DNA from: an uncultured Chloroflexia bacterium
Lineage (GTDB): Bacteria > Chloroflexota > Anaerolineae > CG2-30-64-16
Assembly: GCA_963810095.1 (NCBI GenBank)
Contig: CAWEMM010000012.1
Coordinates: 512,001 to 576,000, forward strand
Reading direction: 5' to 3'
DNA length: 64,000 nt
Shown here: in pieces, positions 1-10,991 of the stretch
Layout: each line of letters opens with the position of its first letter
How positions within the stretch are numbered: position 1 is the first letter of the stretch
The notes under the pieces: model-generated
The model's database searches: none
What the model was told of the DNA's origin: nothing
Seen by the model: only the letters and a program-made list of their open reading frames with translations
Position numbers and translations under genes: made by a program

Positions 1-449
1 CCCTTCTTCACGTTCAGGGTCCAGGTCTTCAAATCGTCGCTGGCCGACCACTTTTCGAGCATGTAGGGGACCGTGATGCCCTTCTCGTTCGTGTAGGTCA
101 GATAGTCGAGGACGTGGCGCCAGGGGTGCGACTGGCTGACCAGCGAGAACTGGGCGGGGTGGCTGGCGCGTTCCACCTTTGCGCGGGCGGTCACGACGCC
201 GCCGCGCACCGGGCCGGCCTTGGGGGCGGCGGTCGGCGCAACGGTAGCCGCAGGCGCGGCCGTGGCGGCGGGCGCCTGGGTGGCGGCAGCCGGCGCCGGC
301 GCAGGCGAGCCACAGGCAGCCAGAGCGGACGCGCCGGCAACGGAAGCCCCGAGCAAGGTCGCCACGCGGATGAAATCGCGTCGCGACATCTGGCCCTTAC
401 GGAGCAGGTCCTGCGCTTCGGGGATCAAGGGATGAACTTTGGACGGCAT
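1..449 (-). CDS. ABC transporter family-5 (peptide/nickel-type) substrate-binding lipoprotein, Tat signal; continues past the window edge
   Basis: Manual translation from ATG 449 (RBS AGGAGG): MPSKVHPLIPEAQDLLRKGQMSRRDFIRVATLLG...ALAACG, Pro/Ala linker, then ...PYMLEKWSASDDLKTWTLNVKKG, typical of the SBP_bac_5 N-terminus. Not in the ORF track because it is open at the edge. Confidence 0.85.
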   Translation of the reverse strand, partial: MPSKVHPLIPEAQDLLRKGQMSRRDFIRVATLLGASVAGASALAACGSPAPAPAAATQAPAATAAPAATVAPTAAPKAGPVRGGVVTARAKVERASHPAQFSLVSQSHPWRHVLDYLTYTNEKGITVPYMLEKWSASDDLKTWTLNVKK

Positions 450-642
450 GAGACTTCCCTCCTTGGAGTGTACGCTGAGAGCGGCTCACCGCGTGCGATG
501 GGCCGCCGCATGAGAGAGAATCCGAAAACCGGTAGTGACCGCGATGGAGCGTCCGAATTGCGTGCCCGCACATGCGCGGAACAGGTCGAGATGGGGAAAA
601 GACACGCTAAGCCTCGTCGCTCAAGTGTATCAGTGAGGAGCA

Positions 643-683
643 CTGACATATCAGATGATAGCAGGTTGCGCCGTCTTTGTCAA
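643..683 (-). promoter_or_regulatory. Sigma70 promoter of the SBP gene with adjacent GntR-type operator
   Basis: Minus strand TTGACA (683-678), 17 nt, TGc-TATCAT (660-655), followed directly by near-palindrome CTGACATATCAG (643-654). A related site CTGATATATTAC lies at 718-729. Confidence 0.7.
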
Positions 684-801
684 TACCCCGCACGAAGCGG
701 CTATTACCTATTGCCAACTGATATATTACCTGCTATACTTCGAACATCAGGTGACATCGGGCCAGGTACTTGGCGTTTGCCCGAAACCCAAGGAGCCAGA
801 C

Positions 802-1476
802 ATGCAACCCGTCAACGATGACGTTACCCTGCGACATCGCATCTACAAGCAGCTGCGGCGAGCCATTATCATGGGCCGCCGCGCGCCCGGCGAGCGCCTC
901 AGCGTCGAGGAGCTGTGCAGCACCTACGACAGCGGGATCAGCCCGGTTCGTGATGCGCTGCAAATGCTGGGGCAGGAGGGGCTCGTCACCATCAAACCGC
1001 GCTCGGGGTACTTCGTCACCAGCGTCACCCTTAAAGAACTGCGTGACATGCTCGAGGTGCGCGAGATCCTCGAAGTGGCCGTGGTCGAGCGAGCGGCGCT
1101 GCGCATTTCCGACGCCGAGTTGGACGGCCTCGCGAACGTGCATGCGGGTTACACGGGCGACGACGACGAGTCATACGATCGTTACACGGACGAAAACCGC
1201 CAGTTCCACTTCATCCTGGCGCAGGCTTCTGGGAATGCGGAACTGGCCGACATGCTCGGGCGGCTGCACGACCGGCTCGCCCGCTTCATGGTGCTGCGCC
1301 ACGCGGGCGGCACCCAGCACGAGACTCACGCCGCGATCATCGCCGCACTCCGCGCCCGCGACGTCGCCGCGGCCCGCCACGCCATGCTTGCCGAGGTGAC
1401 TGGATCGAGGCAGACGATCCTGGACCGCGTAATGCAAGGCGAAGGCGCCTCCTGGCAGATCACCGCTCTAAAGTAG
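802..1476 (+). CDS. GntR (FCD/FadR subfamily) transcriptional regulator
   Basis: AGGAG RBS then ATG 802; wHTH 'PGERLSVEELC...SPVRDALQMLGQEGLV'; FCD domain 'ENRQFHFILAQASGN', 'HAAIIAALRARD'. Confidence 0.92.
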   Translation: MQPVNDDVTLRHRIYKQLRRAIIMGRRAPGERLSVEELCSTYDSGISPVRDALQMLGQEGLVTIKPRSGYFVTSVTLKELRDMLEVREILEVAVVERAALRISDAELDGLANVHAGYTGDDDESYDRYTDENRQFHFILAQASGNAELADMLGRLHDRLARFMVLRHAGGTQHETHAAIIAALRARDVAAARHAMLAEVTGSRQTILDRVMQGEGASWQITALK

Positions 1477-1515
1477 ACCGTTTGCAGAACGGCACCGCAT
1501 TCCGGCAATCCTCTT

Positions 1516-1596
1516 ACACGAAGAACCAGAAAACACGAAGGTCCACGAAGACTTCTTGAAGACGCTTGGTGGGCCTTCGGTCCTTGGGTTCTTCCG
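1516..1596. repeat. REP-like imperfect palindrome (CACGAAG / CTTCGTG family)
   Basis: CACGAAG units followed by CTT-rich inverted units between convergent genes. Confidence 0.55.
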
Positions 1597-1597
1597 C

Positions 1598-2578
1598 TTA
1601 CCGAGCCTCCACGCCAAACAACTGACGCAGGAACGCCACCTGGCGCAGGCGCTGGTACGCTGCGCCCCCTTCGTGGTTGTTGAACTCGTAGATCTCGATC
1701 TCCTTCGGGCCCGCATAGGCGTTGTAGGCCGCATATACGGTCGAGGGCGGGCAGATGTCGTCCATCAGACCGACGGAGAACAGCGCGGGCGCCGGCGCGC
1801 GGCGGGCGAAGTTGACGCCGTCGAAGTACGAGAGCGTGCGGAACGCCGCCGCGACCCGGTCCCGGTGCGTCTTCAAGTACCTGGTGATCTCACTGTAGGG
1901 CATCGTGTCGATCAACTGCGTCGCGCGCCGGTAGTGGCACAGGAAAGGCACGTCGGGCATCGCCGCGGCGACAAGGTCGGGCGCGAGCCCTGCCGCGGCC
2001 AGCGTGATCCCACCGCCCTGGCTGCCCCCGGTGACCACGACCCGCGTACCGTCCACCAGCGGGTGGCTCGCCGCGGCCTCGAGCGCGCGCACCGCATCGG
2101 TAAACACCCGGCGGTAGTAATAGGTCTGCGGGTCGAGGATGCCCCGGGTCATAAAGCCGGGATAGGACGGGTCCGAGCCGTCGGGGTCGGGGGTGTCGCC
2201 CTGCTGCCATGCGCTGCCCTGCCCGCGCGTGTCCATCACGAAGTGCGCGTACCCCAGGCTGGGCCAGTCGATCCAATTGATCGGGAACCCCCGGCCGCCC
2301 CCATACCCAATGTACTGGACGATGCACGGCAAGGGCTCGGCCGCGCCCTTGGGGGCCAGGAACCAGCCTTTGATCGGCTGGCCCGCGTAGCCCGCAAAAG
2401 TCACGTCGTACACGTCGAGCGTGCGAAAGCCTGCCTCGACGGGGGCAAAGGCGGCCGCGAGGGGATGGCGCCGGGTGCTTGCGAGTGTGTCGCGCCAGAA
2501 CGCGTCGAAGTCGTCCGGTTCCTGGCGCGCAGGGTGATAGCTTTCGAGTTCTTCCAGGGGCATGTCGATGAAGGCCAC
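1598..2578 (-). CDS. Acetylxylan esterase / cephalosporin-C deacetylase (CE7)
   Basis: GTG start with AAGGAG RBS; motifs [21 protein letters not shown] nucleophile elbow, [13 protein letters not shown]. Confidence 0.93.
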   Translation of the reverse strand: MAFIDMPLEELESYHPARQEPDDFDAFWRDTLASTRRHPLAAAFAPVEAGFRTLDVYDVTFAGYAGQPIKGWFLAPKGAAEPLPCIVQYIGYGGGRGFPINWIDWPSLGYAHFVMDTRGQGSAWQQGDTPDPDGSDPSYPGFMTRGILDPQTYYYRRVFTDAVRALEAAASHPLVDGTRVVVTGGSQGGGITLAAAGLAPDLVAAAMPDVPFLCHYRRATQLIDTMPYSEITRYLKTHRDRVAAAFRTLSYFDGVNFARRAPAPALFSVGLMDDICPPSTVYAAYNAYAGPKEIEIYEFNNHEGGAAYQRLRQVAFLRQLFGVEAR

Positions 2579-2606
2579 GCTGAACTCCTTATGTAAGCTT
2601 GGCTGG

Positions 2607-2670
2607 CGACAAAGGTGCGCAGGGGGGAGAGTGCGCCCGGGCAACTTCGCACCTTTGTGCCCTTGTGGTT
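2607..2670. repeat. REP-like palindrome (CACAAAG family)
   Basis: ACAAAGGTGCG ... CGCACCTTTGT inverted repeat with tail GCCCTTGTGGTT. Confidence 0.6.
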
Positions 2671-2672
2671 GA

Positions 2673-3662
2673 TCAGTCTCCCACGTAGGACCGCAGCAGC
2701 GTCGCGCCGCGCGGGCTGGTGACCGTAAACTCTCCGAGTGCGGCCGGCAGCAGGACGAACCCGATCGCGTCGAGGGGCACGCCTCCGACCACCGCCCCAC
2801 CCCGGACGACACCCCAGATTTCGAGAGTCGAGCCGTCGCATTTGCCCTGGTAGACCGCGCCTGCGTCCAGTTCAACCCGTTCCGTGATGAAGTAGTGATT
2901 GCGACAGAGCAACCGGCGCGTCCAACCCTCGCCCTGCTCGACCAGCCGGGGCGGGGTGCCGCCGGCATCGACGGCCGCGAAGTCGATCACGTCGAGCGCC
3001 TTCTCGATGTGCAGCGGCCGGGGCTTGCCGTCGGCACCCGAGCGATTCCAGTCAAAGACCCGATACGTGGTATTCGAGTTCTGCTGAATCTCTGCGATGA
3101 TCAGCCCGCCCAGGATCGCGTGTAGCGTGCCGGCAGGGACACAGAAATGATCGCCGGCTTGCACCTTGATGCGCTGCAGATAGGGCTCGGGCTGGCCCCG
3201 CAAGAGCGCTTCATGCAGCGCTTCCCGGCTGGTGCCCGCCCGCACGCCCAGAATCAGCTCGGCGCCGGGCTGCGCCTCGAGCACGACCCACATTTCGGTC
3301 TTGCCGAGTTCGTTGCCCTCGTGCGCCAACGCATAGTCGTCGTCGGGGTGCACCTGGACCGACAACGGCTCCGCGGCGTCAAGCAGCTTGATCAGGAGCG
3401 GGAACTTGCCGCGGGCCTCGGCCCAGGCGTTCCGGGTTCCGACCAGGTCCAGCCCCAGCTCGGCCTGGACTTGTGTCAAAAGCTGCCCGGCATAGGGTCC
3501 GTTGGCAACGACCGTGGTGCCATCCTCGTGGCCCGCAATCTCCCAACTCTCCGCGACGACCCCCTCCGCCGGGAGCTTACGCCCCAGCCGGGCCAGGTTG
3601 CGCCCACCCCACAAGTATTCCTTCAAAACAGGCTCGAACAACATCGGATACAGCTTACGCAC
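2673..3662 (-). CDS. manA: Mannose-6-phosphate isomerase, type I
   Basis: [57 protein letters not shown]. Confidence 0.93.
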   Translation of the reverse strand: MRKLYPMLFEPVLKEYLWGGRNLARLGRKLPAEGVVAESWEIAGHEDGTTVVANGPYAGQLLTQVQAELGLDLVGTRNAWAEARGKFPLLIKLLDAAEPLSVQVHPDDDYALAHEGNELGKTEMWVVLEAQPGAELILGVRAGTSREALHEALLRGQPEPYLQRIKVQAGDHFCVPAGTLHAILGGLIIAEIQQNSNTTYRVFDWNRSGADGKPRPLHIEKALDVIDFAAVDAGGTPPRLVEQGEGWTRRLLCRNHYFITERVELDAGAVYQGKCDGSTLEIWGVVRGGAVVGGVPLDAIGFVLLPAALGEFTVTSPRGATLLRSYVGD

Positions 3663-3810
3663 GCACCTCTCCCATCGACGCCGCGCAACAGCCGGCGACG
3701 CCTCTGTTTACCACAAAGGCAGGCAGATACAAAGTCGCGCAAGGGCTGGCTTGGGAATCGCCGAGCCACTATGCCCCCCTTGACGGAAGCACAAGCGACA
3801 GCCGGCGGCC

Positions 3811-4990
3811 CTAGCCGGCCTGGTAAGCCCGGTTCCTCCGGATCAATTCCAGGCGCGTTTGCACGCTGGCCGCGCTGCGCAGGCCGTCTTCCGGCGTATT
3901 GAGCACGTAATCGAGCAGTTGGTCGATGGTCGACGTGGCCACGTGGATACGGGTGTCGGACGAAGCGTAGTAGATATGGACCCGGCCATCAGCGCCCGCG
4001 ACCCAGCCGTTCGAGAAGAGCACGTTGGAGACGTCGCCGATCCGCTCCTCGCCCTGGGGCGCCATGAAGTAGCCTGCGGGCCGGTGCGTCACCCGCCAGG
4101 GCTCCTCGAGATCGCTCAGGTACAGGTAGAGCACGTAGCGCAGGCCCGCGGCCGTGCCGCGCACGCCGTGCGCGAGGTGCAGCCAGCCGCGGGGAGTCCG
4201 GATGGGCGCCGGACCCTCGCCGTTCTTGGACTCCTTGATCGTGTGGTATGCGCGCGGCTCGATCACGATCTCCGAGTCGACGACGGCCGGATCCATCGAA
4301 TCAGACAGACCCCAGCCGATGCCGCCGCCGCTGCCCGCCTGGATGAAGTCGTCCTGCGGCCGGGTGTAGAAGGCGTATTTGCCTGCCACGAACTCGGGAT
4401 GCAGGACGACGTTGCGCTGTTGAGGCGACTGCGTCTGCAAGTCAGGCAAGCGCTCCCATGTGCGTAGATCGCGGGTGCGCGGCAATGCCCGCCTGTGCGG
4501 TGGCCGCGCTCAGGTCGGGGTTGGTCCTGTCCTTCCGCTCGGTGCAGAAGATGCCGTAGATCCACCCGTCTTCGTGCCTGACCACTCGCATATCGTAGAC
4601 ATTGGTGTCGGGTTCGTCCACTTCGGGCATGACGAGGGGCTCATCCCAGAAGCGAAAGCCGCCGATGCCATCCGCGCTCTCGGCCACGGCAAAGAAGGAT
4701 TTGCGGTCCCACCCTTCGACGCGGCAGAGCAGGCAGATCCTGCCCTCCAACTCGATCGCGCCCGGGTTGAAAACCCCGTTGATGCCCTGCCGCTGCATGA
4801 AGAACGGGTTGCTGTGCGGGTCGAAGTCATAGCGCCAGGCCAATGGGGTATGCTGGTCCGTCAGCACGGGATAGCGATAGCGGGTGTATATGCCATTGTC
4901 ATCCCCCACCAGAGGTTCGTTTGCGCGGGCGAGCAGCGTCGCGTGTTCACGGGTCAGCCGCTCGACCCGGCTGTCGAAAGTGTCGTTCAT
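3811..4990 (-). CDS. 4-O-beta-D-mannosyl-D-glucose phosphorylase (GH130_1), one frameshift near 4480
   Basis: N-half (4442-4990): [34 protein letters not shown]-half (3811-4485): [35 protein letters not shown]. Confidence 0.9.
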
Positions 4991-5050
4991 GGCGATCTTC
5001 CTATGATGGTTGAAGCCCGCGATCCGCTCGCGGGTCTGTGACGCCGGCGC

Positions 5051-6245
5051 CTATGGCAGCCGAGCGAGCATCTCCAGGCAGGCCCGGCTGTTGTGGTAGG
5101 GACACTCCCAGGGACCGGCCTTGGGCTGGCTCAGATCGGGTGTGCCGTCGGGCCCGACGATCTTGTACCACTCGCCGTAACGCCCGTCGACGAAGTAGCC
5201 CCCGATCAACTCCCACAGGCGCAGCGCGGCGCGCTCAAAGCGCCGGTCTCCGGAAAGCTGGTACGCATTGTAGAAGCCCACCAGCCCTTCGGCCTGCGGC
5301 CACCAGTGGCGGGCAGGATCGCGGTGCTCGCCCGCCTGGTAGATCACGAAGCCCGCGTCGTCCAGGCCGGTCTCGAGCACACGCTCGGCCATTCTGACGG
5401 CCAGCGTGCGCGCCCGGGTCAGTAGATCGCTCCGGCCGGCGACCTCGGCCGCTTCAACCAGGAGCCAGCTGCCTTCGATGTCATGGCCAGGCGAAACGTG
5501 ATCCGGCAGGGGCCGCCAGTCGGGTTCGAAGAAGAGGCGCATGCGCGCCGCTTCGCCGTCGACGATGCGGGTCAGAAACAGGTCGATCAGGCGGTCATGC
5601 CGCTCCTGCAGGAGCGGGTGACTGGTCACGCGCCGCAAGGCGGTATACGCCTCCATCAGGTGCAGCAACGTATTCATCGTCTTGGCCGCGAGCGGCTCTT
5701 TGTCGCTCAGCCGCATGTCGGCAAGCGGCGCCCAATTGCGGGCGCGGCACTCGAGGTTCCCGCCGTGAACCGGGTCGTACGTGTGCCTTTCGACGAGTTC
5801 CAGCAGCTCGAGCGCCCAGTCTATGGCCGGCTGACCACCGCCGGCCCGCGGCATATTCGGCCAAGCCGTAAATGGTAAACGCCTGGGCGTACACATGCTT
5901 CCGGTCGTTGACGGGCCGGCCCCCGGCGTCGACGCCCCAATAGACCCCGCCGTGTTCTGCGTCAAGGAACGCGGCACGCAGGTAGTCGTAAGCGCGGCGG
6001 GCCATCTCCTTATACGTGGGGTCGCCGTAAGCCCGGTAGGCTGCCGCGAAGGTCCAGAGGATACGAGCGTTGAGGACGGCCGTCCGTTCGACATCATTGC
6101 GCACGGCCAGGTCATTGTCGACCCGGCCGTAGAACCCGCCGGACTCCCGGTCGACCACGTGCTCCATCCAGAACGGCAGGATGTTGCGCCGCAGCTCTGC
6201 TTCGATGCTTACGCGGAGATCATTGCTTACGCGGAGCTCACTCAT
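5051..6245 (-). CDS. AGE-family epimerase, probable cellobiose/mannobiose 2-epimerase, frameshift near 5850
   Basis: NILPFW..D..GGFYG, NARILWTF, KHVYAQAF, KTMNTLLHLMEAY, SPGHDIEGSWL, WWPQAE, GPWECPYHNSR. Confidence 0.9.
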
Positions 6246-6298
6246 ATCTGAAATCTACCCCTGGATACTCGTGTAGGGGCGCCGGCCGCCCTGCCCGA

Positions 6299-7271
6299 TC
6301 ACATCGCATTCTGCTTCACGAAGTCGATGATCTCGTCCACATAGCCGAACGCGAGCCCGGTGACCGTGTCCGCTGCGCCGTAGTAGATCGCGATGCGTCC
6401 CGTGTCGCCGTCGACCAGGGCCGCGCAAGGGAACGTGACGTTCGGCACGTCGCCCACGCACTCGTACGGCATCTGCGGCGACATCAGGTAGGGTGCGCTC
6501 CGGTAGATGACTTTCCATGGCTGGTCAAGGTCGAGCAGCGCCGCGCCGTAGCTGTAGACATAGCCGTTGCACGAGGTGAGGACGCCGTGGTAGATGAGGA
6601 GCCACCCCTCGCTCGTCTCGATGGGCGTCGGGCCAGCGCCGGTCTTGGTCGACTGCCAGCCGCCCGCCGGACCCATCACCCAGCGGTGCTTGCCCCAATA
6701 CGTCATGTCCGGGCTTTCGCTGTAGAAGATATCGCCGAAGGGCGTGTGGCCCGTGTCACTCGGCCGGCTGAGCATGGCGTAATGGCCGCCAATCTTGCCG
6801 GGGAACAGCACGCCGTTTCGGTTGTAGGGCAGGAAGGCGTTTTCGAGCTGGGTGAAGTGGACGAAATCCGTCGTATAGCCCATCCCGATCGTGGGACCGT
6901 GGTAGCCGTTGCACCACGTCAGGTAGTACCTGTCTTCGATCCGGCACACCCGCGGGTCGTACCGGTATACCCGTTGCGTGACCTCCGGATCGCCTCGAAA
7001 CTCGATCGGCTTCGGCTCGATGCGCCAGTGAATGCCGTCTTCGCTGCGGCCGGCGTGGATGTTCATCTCGCGGCGGGTGTCGTCGACCCTGAACACCCCG
7101 GCATACATGCCGTCAAACGGGACGACGGCGCTGTTGAAGATGCTGTTGGAAGTCGGGCGTGGCGTGGCGGTCGATGATCGGATTCGCCGAGTAGCGCCAC
7201 AGGGTGCTGCTCGTGCCGGCGGGGCGCTCTTCCCACGGCATTGACGGCAGGGACAAGGCATTGACCAGCAT
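6299..7271 (-). CDS. Beta-1,4-mannooligosaccharide phosphorylase (GH130_2), frameshift near 7155
   Basis: ATG 7271 gives [29 protein letters not shown], joining the ORF with [51 protein letters not shown]. Confidence 0.9.
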
Positions 7272-7304
7272 AGGGGGACGCTTCCTCTCGTGGAGTTTCG
7301 ACGG

Positions 7305-7313
7305 ATTATAGCA
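7305..7313 (-). promoter_or_regulatory. Extended -10 promoter of the mannoside operon
   Basis: Minus strand TGCTATAAT about 35 nt upstream of the GH130_2 start. Confidence 0.55.
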
Positions 7314-7822
7314 CCAGTGGAACTTCCTACGCTTGGCGGGAGTTCTTTATCGACTGACGTGGCCAACTGCCAACAGTTCGCTGCATCGGCGCCGCCAGGT
7401 CAGGAATTGGCCAACCTGATACTAATGTATGAGTACATCTGGGGCTATTGCATGTTGTGTTGAGCCCCATCATGCAGGATAATAGTACGGCAATTAAAGA
7501 GATTGTATTGAAATAAATAGTAAGAAGAGATGACGACAGGCGGCCGTGACCACGTCGGTTACGGTGTCACTGGTTCTTTGGCATGGACATCGATCCGCAC
7601 CGGCACACCAGCTGCGTGCGTGCTCGGTCCCTATCGTGTCTGCTCATGTGAGCCGGCGCGGCCAGCTACGATGGGCCACGTTAGGTGGCCCCTGCACGAG
7701 TGGCAGGAGAACCAGTGGTCGCCGCGCCCGGTATGAGTGTGTAGTGATCTAGACCAATTGAACACGCTCCCATCTGGCCCGGGCCGGCGGCCTCTCTTCG
7801 CGATCTACAGAAGGAGTGACCG

Positions 7823-8671
7823 ATGAAATACCAGCCCGGCCAGCGCAAGGCTACGATTAGCCTTATTATTCCGGCCAAGAACGAAGCAAAGAACCTTCCG
7901 CACGTCCTGCCCCTGATTCCGGGGGAAGTGGACGAGGTGATCCTGGTCGACGGCAACTCGACTGACGGCACCGTGGACGTGGCGCGCGCCCTCCGTCCAG
8001 ACGTCCGGGTTGTCCAGCAGACAGGCAAGGGCAAGGGCAACGCGCTCCGTGCAGGTTTTGCGGCTGCGCGTGGCGACATCATCGTGATGATCGATGCCGA
8101 CGGCTCGACTGACCCGCGCGAAATCCCCGTATTCATCAGCACGCTGATGGCAGGCGCAGATTTCGTCAAGGGCTCCCGTTTCATGCAGGGCGGGGGTTCG
8201 GCTGACATTACCTCGCTGCGCAAGCTGGGCAACTGGGGCCTCACGACCTTGGTGAAGCTGATGTACGGCGGCAACTTCTCGGATCTCGCTTACGGCTACG
8301 CAGCGTTTTGGCGCCACATCGTGCCCGCGCTGGAGCTTGACGGCGACGGCTTCGAGATCGAGACGATGATGAACGTGCGAGTGCTGCGTTCGGGCGCCCG
8401 GGTGGCCGAGGTGCCGAGCTTCGAGGCAGAGCGCATCCACGGTGAGAGCAATCTGAACACGTTCCGCGACGGCTGGCGCGTGCTCAAGACCATCATGCGG
8501 GAATGGGTGCGGCCTCAAAAGCTGGTTGAGCCCCAGCAGCGCCAGGTGACGCGCCTTGACGAGGAGCTGCGGCCTGCGCCCCTGCCTCAACTGAGCCAGG
8601 TGGGCCACCGGGTCGGCTTCCAGCGCGATCCTTCCCTGGCGCCCGCGTGCCGAAGCTCTGGCGGAGCCTGA
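7823..8671 (+). CDS. GT2 glycosyltransferase, DPM1-like (polyprenol-phosphate glycosyltransferase)
   Basis: AAGGAG RBS; IIPAKNEA, VDGNSTDGT, GKGNAL, IDADGS, VKGSRF, FEIETMM, EVPSFEAERIHGESNL. Confidence 0.88.
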   Translation: MKYQPGQRKATISLIIPAKNEAKNLPHVLPLIPGEVDEVILVDGNSTDGTVDVARALRPDVRVVQQTGKGKGNALRAGFAAARGDIIVMIDADGSTDPREIPVFISTLMAGADFVKGSRFMQGGGSADITSLRKLGNWGLTTLVKLMYGGNFSDLAYGYAAFWRHIVPALELDGDGFEIETMMNVRVLRSGARVAEVPSFEAERIHGESNLNTFRDGWRVLKTIMREWVRPQKLVEPQQRQVTRLDEELRPAPLPQLSQVGHRVGFQRDPSLAPACRSSGGA

Positions 8672-8680
8672 GCGGCTGCG

Positions 8681-9876
8681 ATGACCGGGCCCGGCGTACT
8701 GGCGGTGGAGGAACGAGAAGCAGCCCCTCTTGCCGCCTTCGGCGAGGGCCGTCCGAGCGCGAGCCCGGACGGCAGCGCCGGTCAGGACCGGCGCTGCCGC
8801 GGTGTCAGTTGTCGTCTGTGCCTACACGTTGGACAGGTGGGACGATCTTGTCGGCGCAGTGAATTCGCTGCGCCGGCAGTCTCGGCCCCCGGCCGAGATC
8901 ATCGTCGTCAGCGATCACAACCCCCTCCTGTTCGAACGTGCAAGCGCTGCGTGGCCCGACATCACCGTGCTGGAAAACGACGAGCGCCAGGGCCTTTCTG
9001 GCGCAAGGAATACCGGCGTACGGGCGGCCACGGGCGCGATTGTCGCCTTCCTGGACGACGACGCGGCGGCCGAGCCGGAGTGGCTCAGCCGTGTCCTCGC
9101 CGTCTACGCAGGACCCCCAGGTGCTTGGCGTCGGCGGAGCGATTCTGCCCGACTGGGACACGGAGCGGCCGGCCTGGTTCCCCGAGGAATTCGACTGGGT
9201 GGTCGGCTGCACCTACAAGGGCATGCCGCACACCAGGGCGCGCCAGCGCAATCTCATCGGCGCGAACATGTCTTTCCGCCGCATGCTCTTCGAGGCGGCG
9301 GGAGACTTCCAAACCGACATGGGACGCATCGGCACCCGGCCGCTGGGCTGCGAGGAGACCGAGCTGTGCATTCGTGGGACGCAGCGGTTGCCCGACATGT
9401 ATTATGTCTATGAGCCGCTCGCCCGGGTGCATCACCGTGTGCCAGCCAGCCGCACGACCTGGCGCTACTTCGTCTCGCGCTGCTACTCCGAGGGGCTCTC
9501 GAAGGCGCAGGTGTCGGACCGCGTCGGCCAGGACGCGGGCCTGTCTTCCGAGCGAAGCTACGCGGCGAAGACGTTGCCCGCGGGCGTTCTGCACGGGCTT
9601 GCCGATGGGCTGCGGCGCGGGAAGCCGGGCGGCTTCGGGCGTGCGGCCGCGATTGCGGCCGGCCTGGTCATCACGGGCTTGGGTTACGCCAGGGGCCGGT
9701 TGGCCCGCCGCGCGCCACAAGATCTCGGCTCGGCCGGGGAGACCGCGACGCGCACGAAGACGCGGCGGAGGCGTCTTGAGAATCCTGCAGTTGACGCCGG
9801 GTTACTACCCGGTCATCGGCGGGGTGGAACGCCACGTCCAAGCCCTCGCCGAGCACATGGCGTCCCGCGGCCATGA
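8681..9876 (+). CDS. GT2 glycosyltransferase (frameshifted)
   Basis: SVVVCAYT, GLSGARNTG, FLDDDA in the frame of 8730; GANMSFRR, GCEETELC, VHHRVP in the frame of 8938. Confidence 0.85.
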
Positions 9877-10924
9877 GGTCACGGTGGCAGCGATGCAGCC
9901 GCGGGATCAAAACCTGCCGGACGAAATAGTGGGCGGCGTGACTGTGCGGCGGTTCGCCGCGCTGGGGCTGGGCGACGCGTACCGCGTGCCCCCCGGGGTG
10001 ACCCGCCTGCTCGCCGACGCCCGGAACCATTGGGATGTGGTTCACGTTCACAATTATCACGCTGCGCTCATCCCGCTGGCAGCGTTGTCAGGTGCAAGAC
10101 CGCTCGTGGTGACGACGCACTTGAACGACACGCCGCACAGCGGCGCGGCCAGGCTGCTGCACGTCCCTTACGGATTGATCGGCGGTTGGGCCGTGCGCCA
10201 GGCGCAAGCGGTGATCTGTGTGACGCAGGCCGAGTTGGAGCGAGTGCGGCAACGCCTGGGAGTCGCGCCCGAACGAAGCATCGTGATCCCGAACGGCGTC
10301 AGCGACAGTGTGGTTTCGGCAAGGGCCGGAGCGGCAGAACGTGACGGGCACCTGCTGTTGTCCGTGAGCCGGCTCCAGCCGTACAAGCGGGTCGAGGATG
10401 CGCTGGGGATTCTCGCCGAGCTGGGCGCACCCTACCGGCTGGTGGTCGTAGGAGAGGGCCCGCACCGGGAGGCGCTCGAGGCGCGGGCCGCTGCGTTGGG
10501 CGTAGCGGACCGGGTCGACTTTGCCGGCAAGGCGCGCGACGAAGAGCTTGTCGGTTGGTACCGGCGTGCGGGCATCGTGTTGAGCTTGTCTGAGGCTGAA
10601 GCATTCGGCATGACCGTCCTCGAAGGCGTCGCTGCCGGATGCCAGGTCGTCTGCAACGACATCCCGGCCTTTCGGGACCTCGCCGCCTACTTCCCCAGCC
10701 ACGTTCGAGTGGTCAGCGGGAGGGATATGACAGCGGGCGCTGCGGCGGTGCGGGCGGCAGCTCGTGAGATACACCGGCCAGCGGCCGATGTCAGTGCGTT
10801 CACGTGGGACGCGATCACCGACCGTGTACTGGACGTATATCGCCGGGTGACCGGCGCGGTGCAGGCAATCAACGAGCAGCATCCGCTGGATGCTGATGGA
10901 CAACACTTGATGGCAGAAGGCTGA
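9776..10924 (+). CDS. GT4 glycosyltransferase
   Basis: TTG start: LRILQLTPGYYPVIGGVERHV; VIPNGV, SRLQPYKRV, EAFGMTVLEG. Confidence 0.9.
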   Translation: MRILQLTPGYYPVIGGVERHVQALAEHMASRGHEVTVAAMQPRDQNLPDEIVGGVTVRRFAALGLGDAYRVPPGVTRLLADARNHWDVVHVHNYHAALIPLAALSGARPLVVTTHLNDTPHSGAARLLHVPYGLIGGWAVRQAQAVICVTQAELERVRQRLGVAPERSIVIPNGVSDSVVSARAGAAERDGHLLLSVSRLQPYKRVEDALGILAELGAPYRLVVVGEGPHREALEARAAALGVADRVDFAGKARDEELVGWYRRAGIVLSLSEAEAFGMTVLEGVAAGCQVVCNDIPAFRDLAAYFPSHVRVVSGRDMTAGAAAVRAAAREIHRPAADVSAFTWDAITDRVLDVYRRVTGAVQAINEQHPLDADGQHLMAEG

Positions 10925-10991
10925 GCGGCGACGAGTAAGAGCCGGCGCCTGTAGGCGCCTCTCTGTCGCCGTTGGAATTGTGGTAAGTGTG

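Noticed and set aside
195-310. Pro/Ala/Thr repeats in SBP and GH26 genes (also 26160-26200, 47220-47300, 55800-55900)
   Set aside because: Ordinary flexible linkers of lipoproteins and secreted proteins, not DNA repeat elements.
6205-6245. 18-bp-period duplication (GCTTACGCGGAG twice) at the epimerase start
   Set aside because: A small in-frame duplication (LRVS-ND-LRVS) with no evident function.
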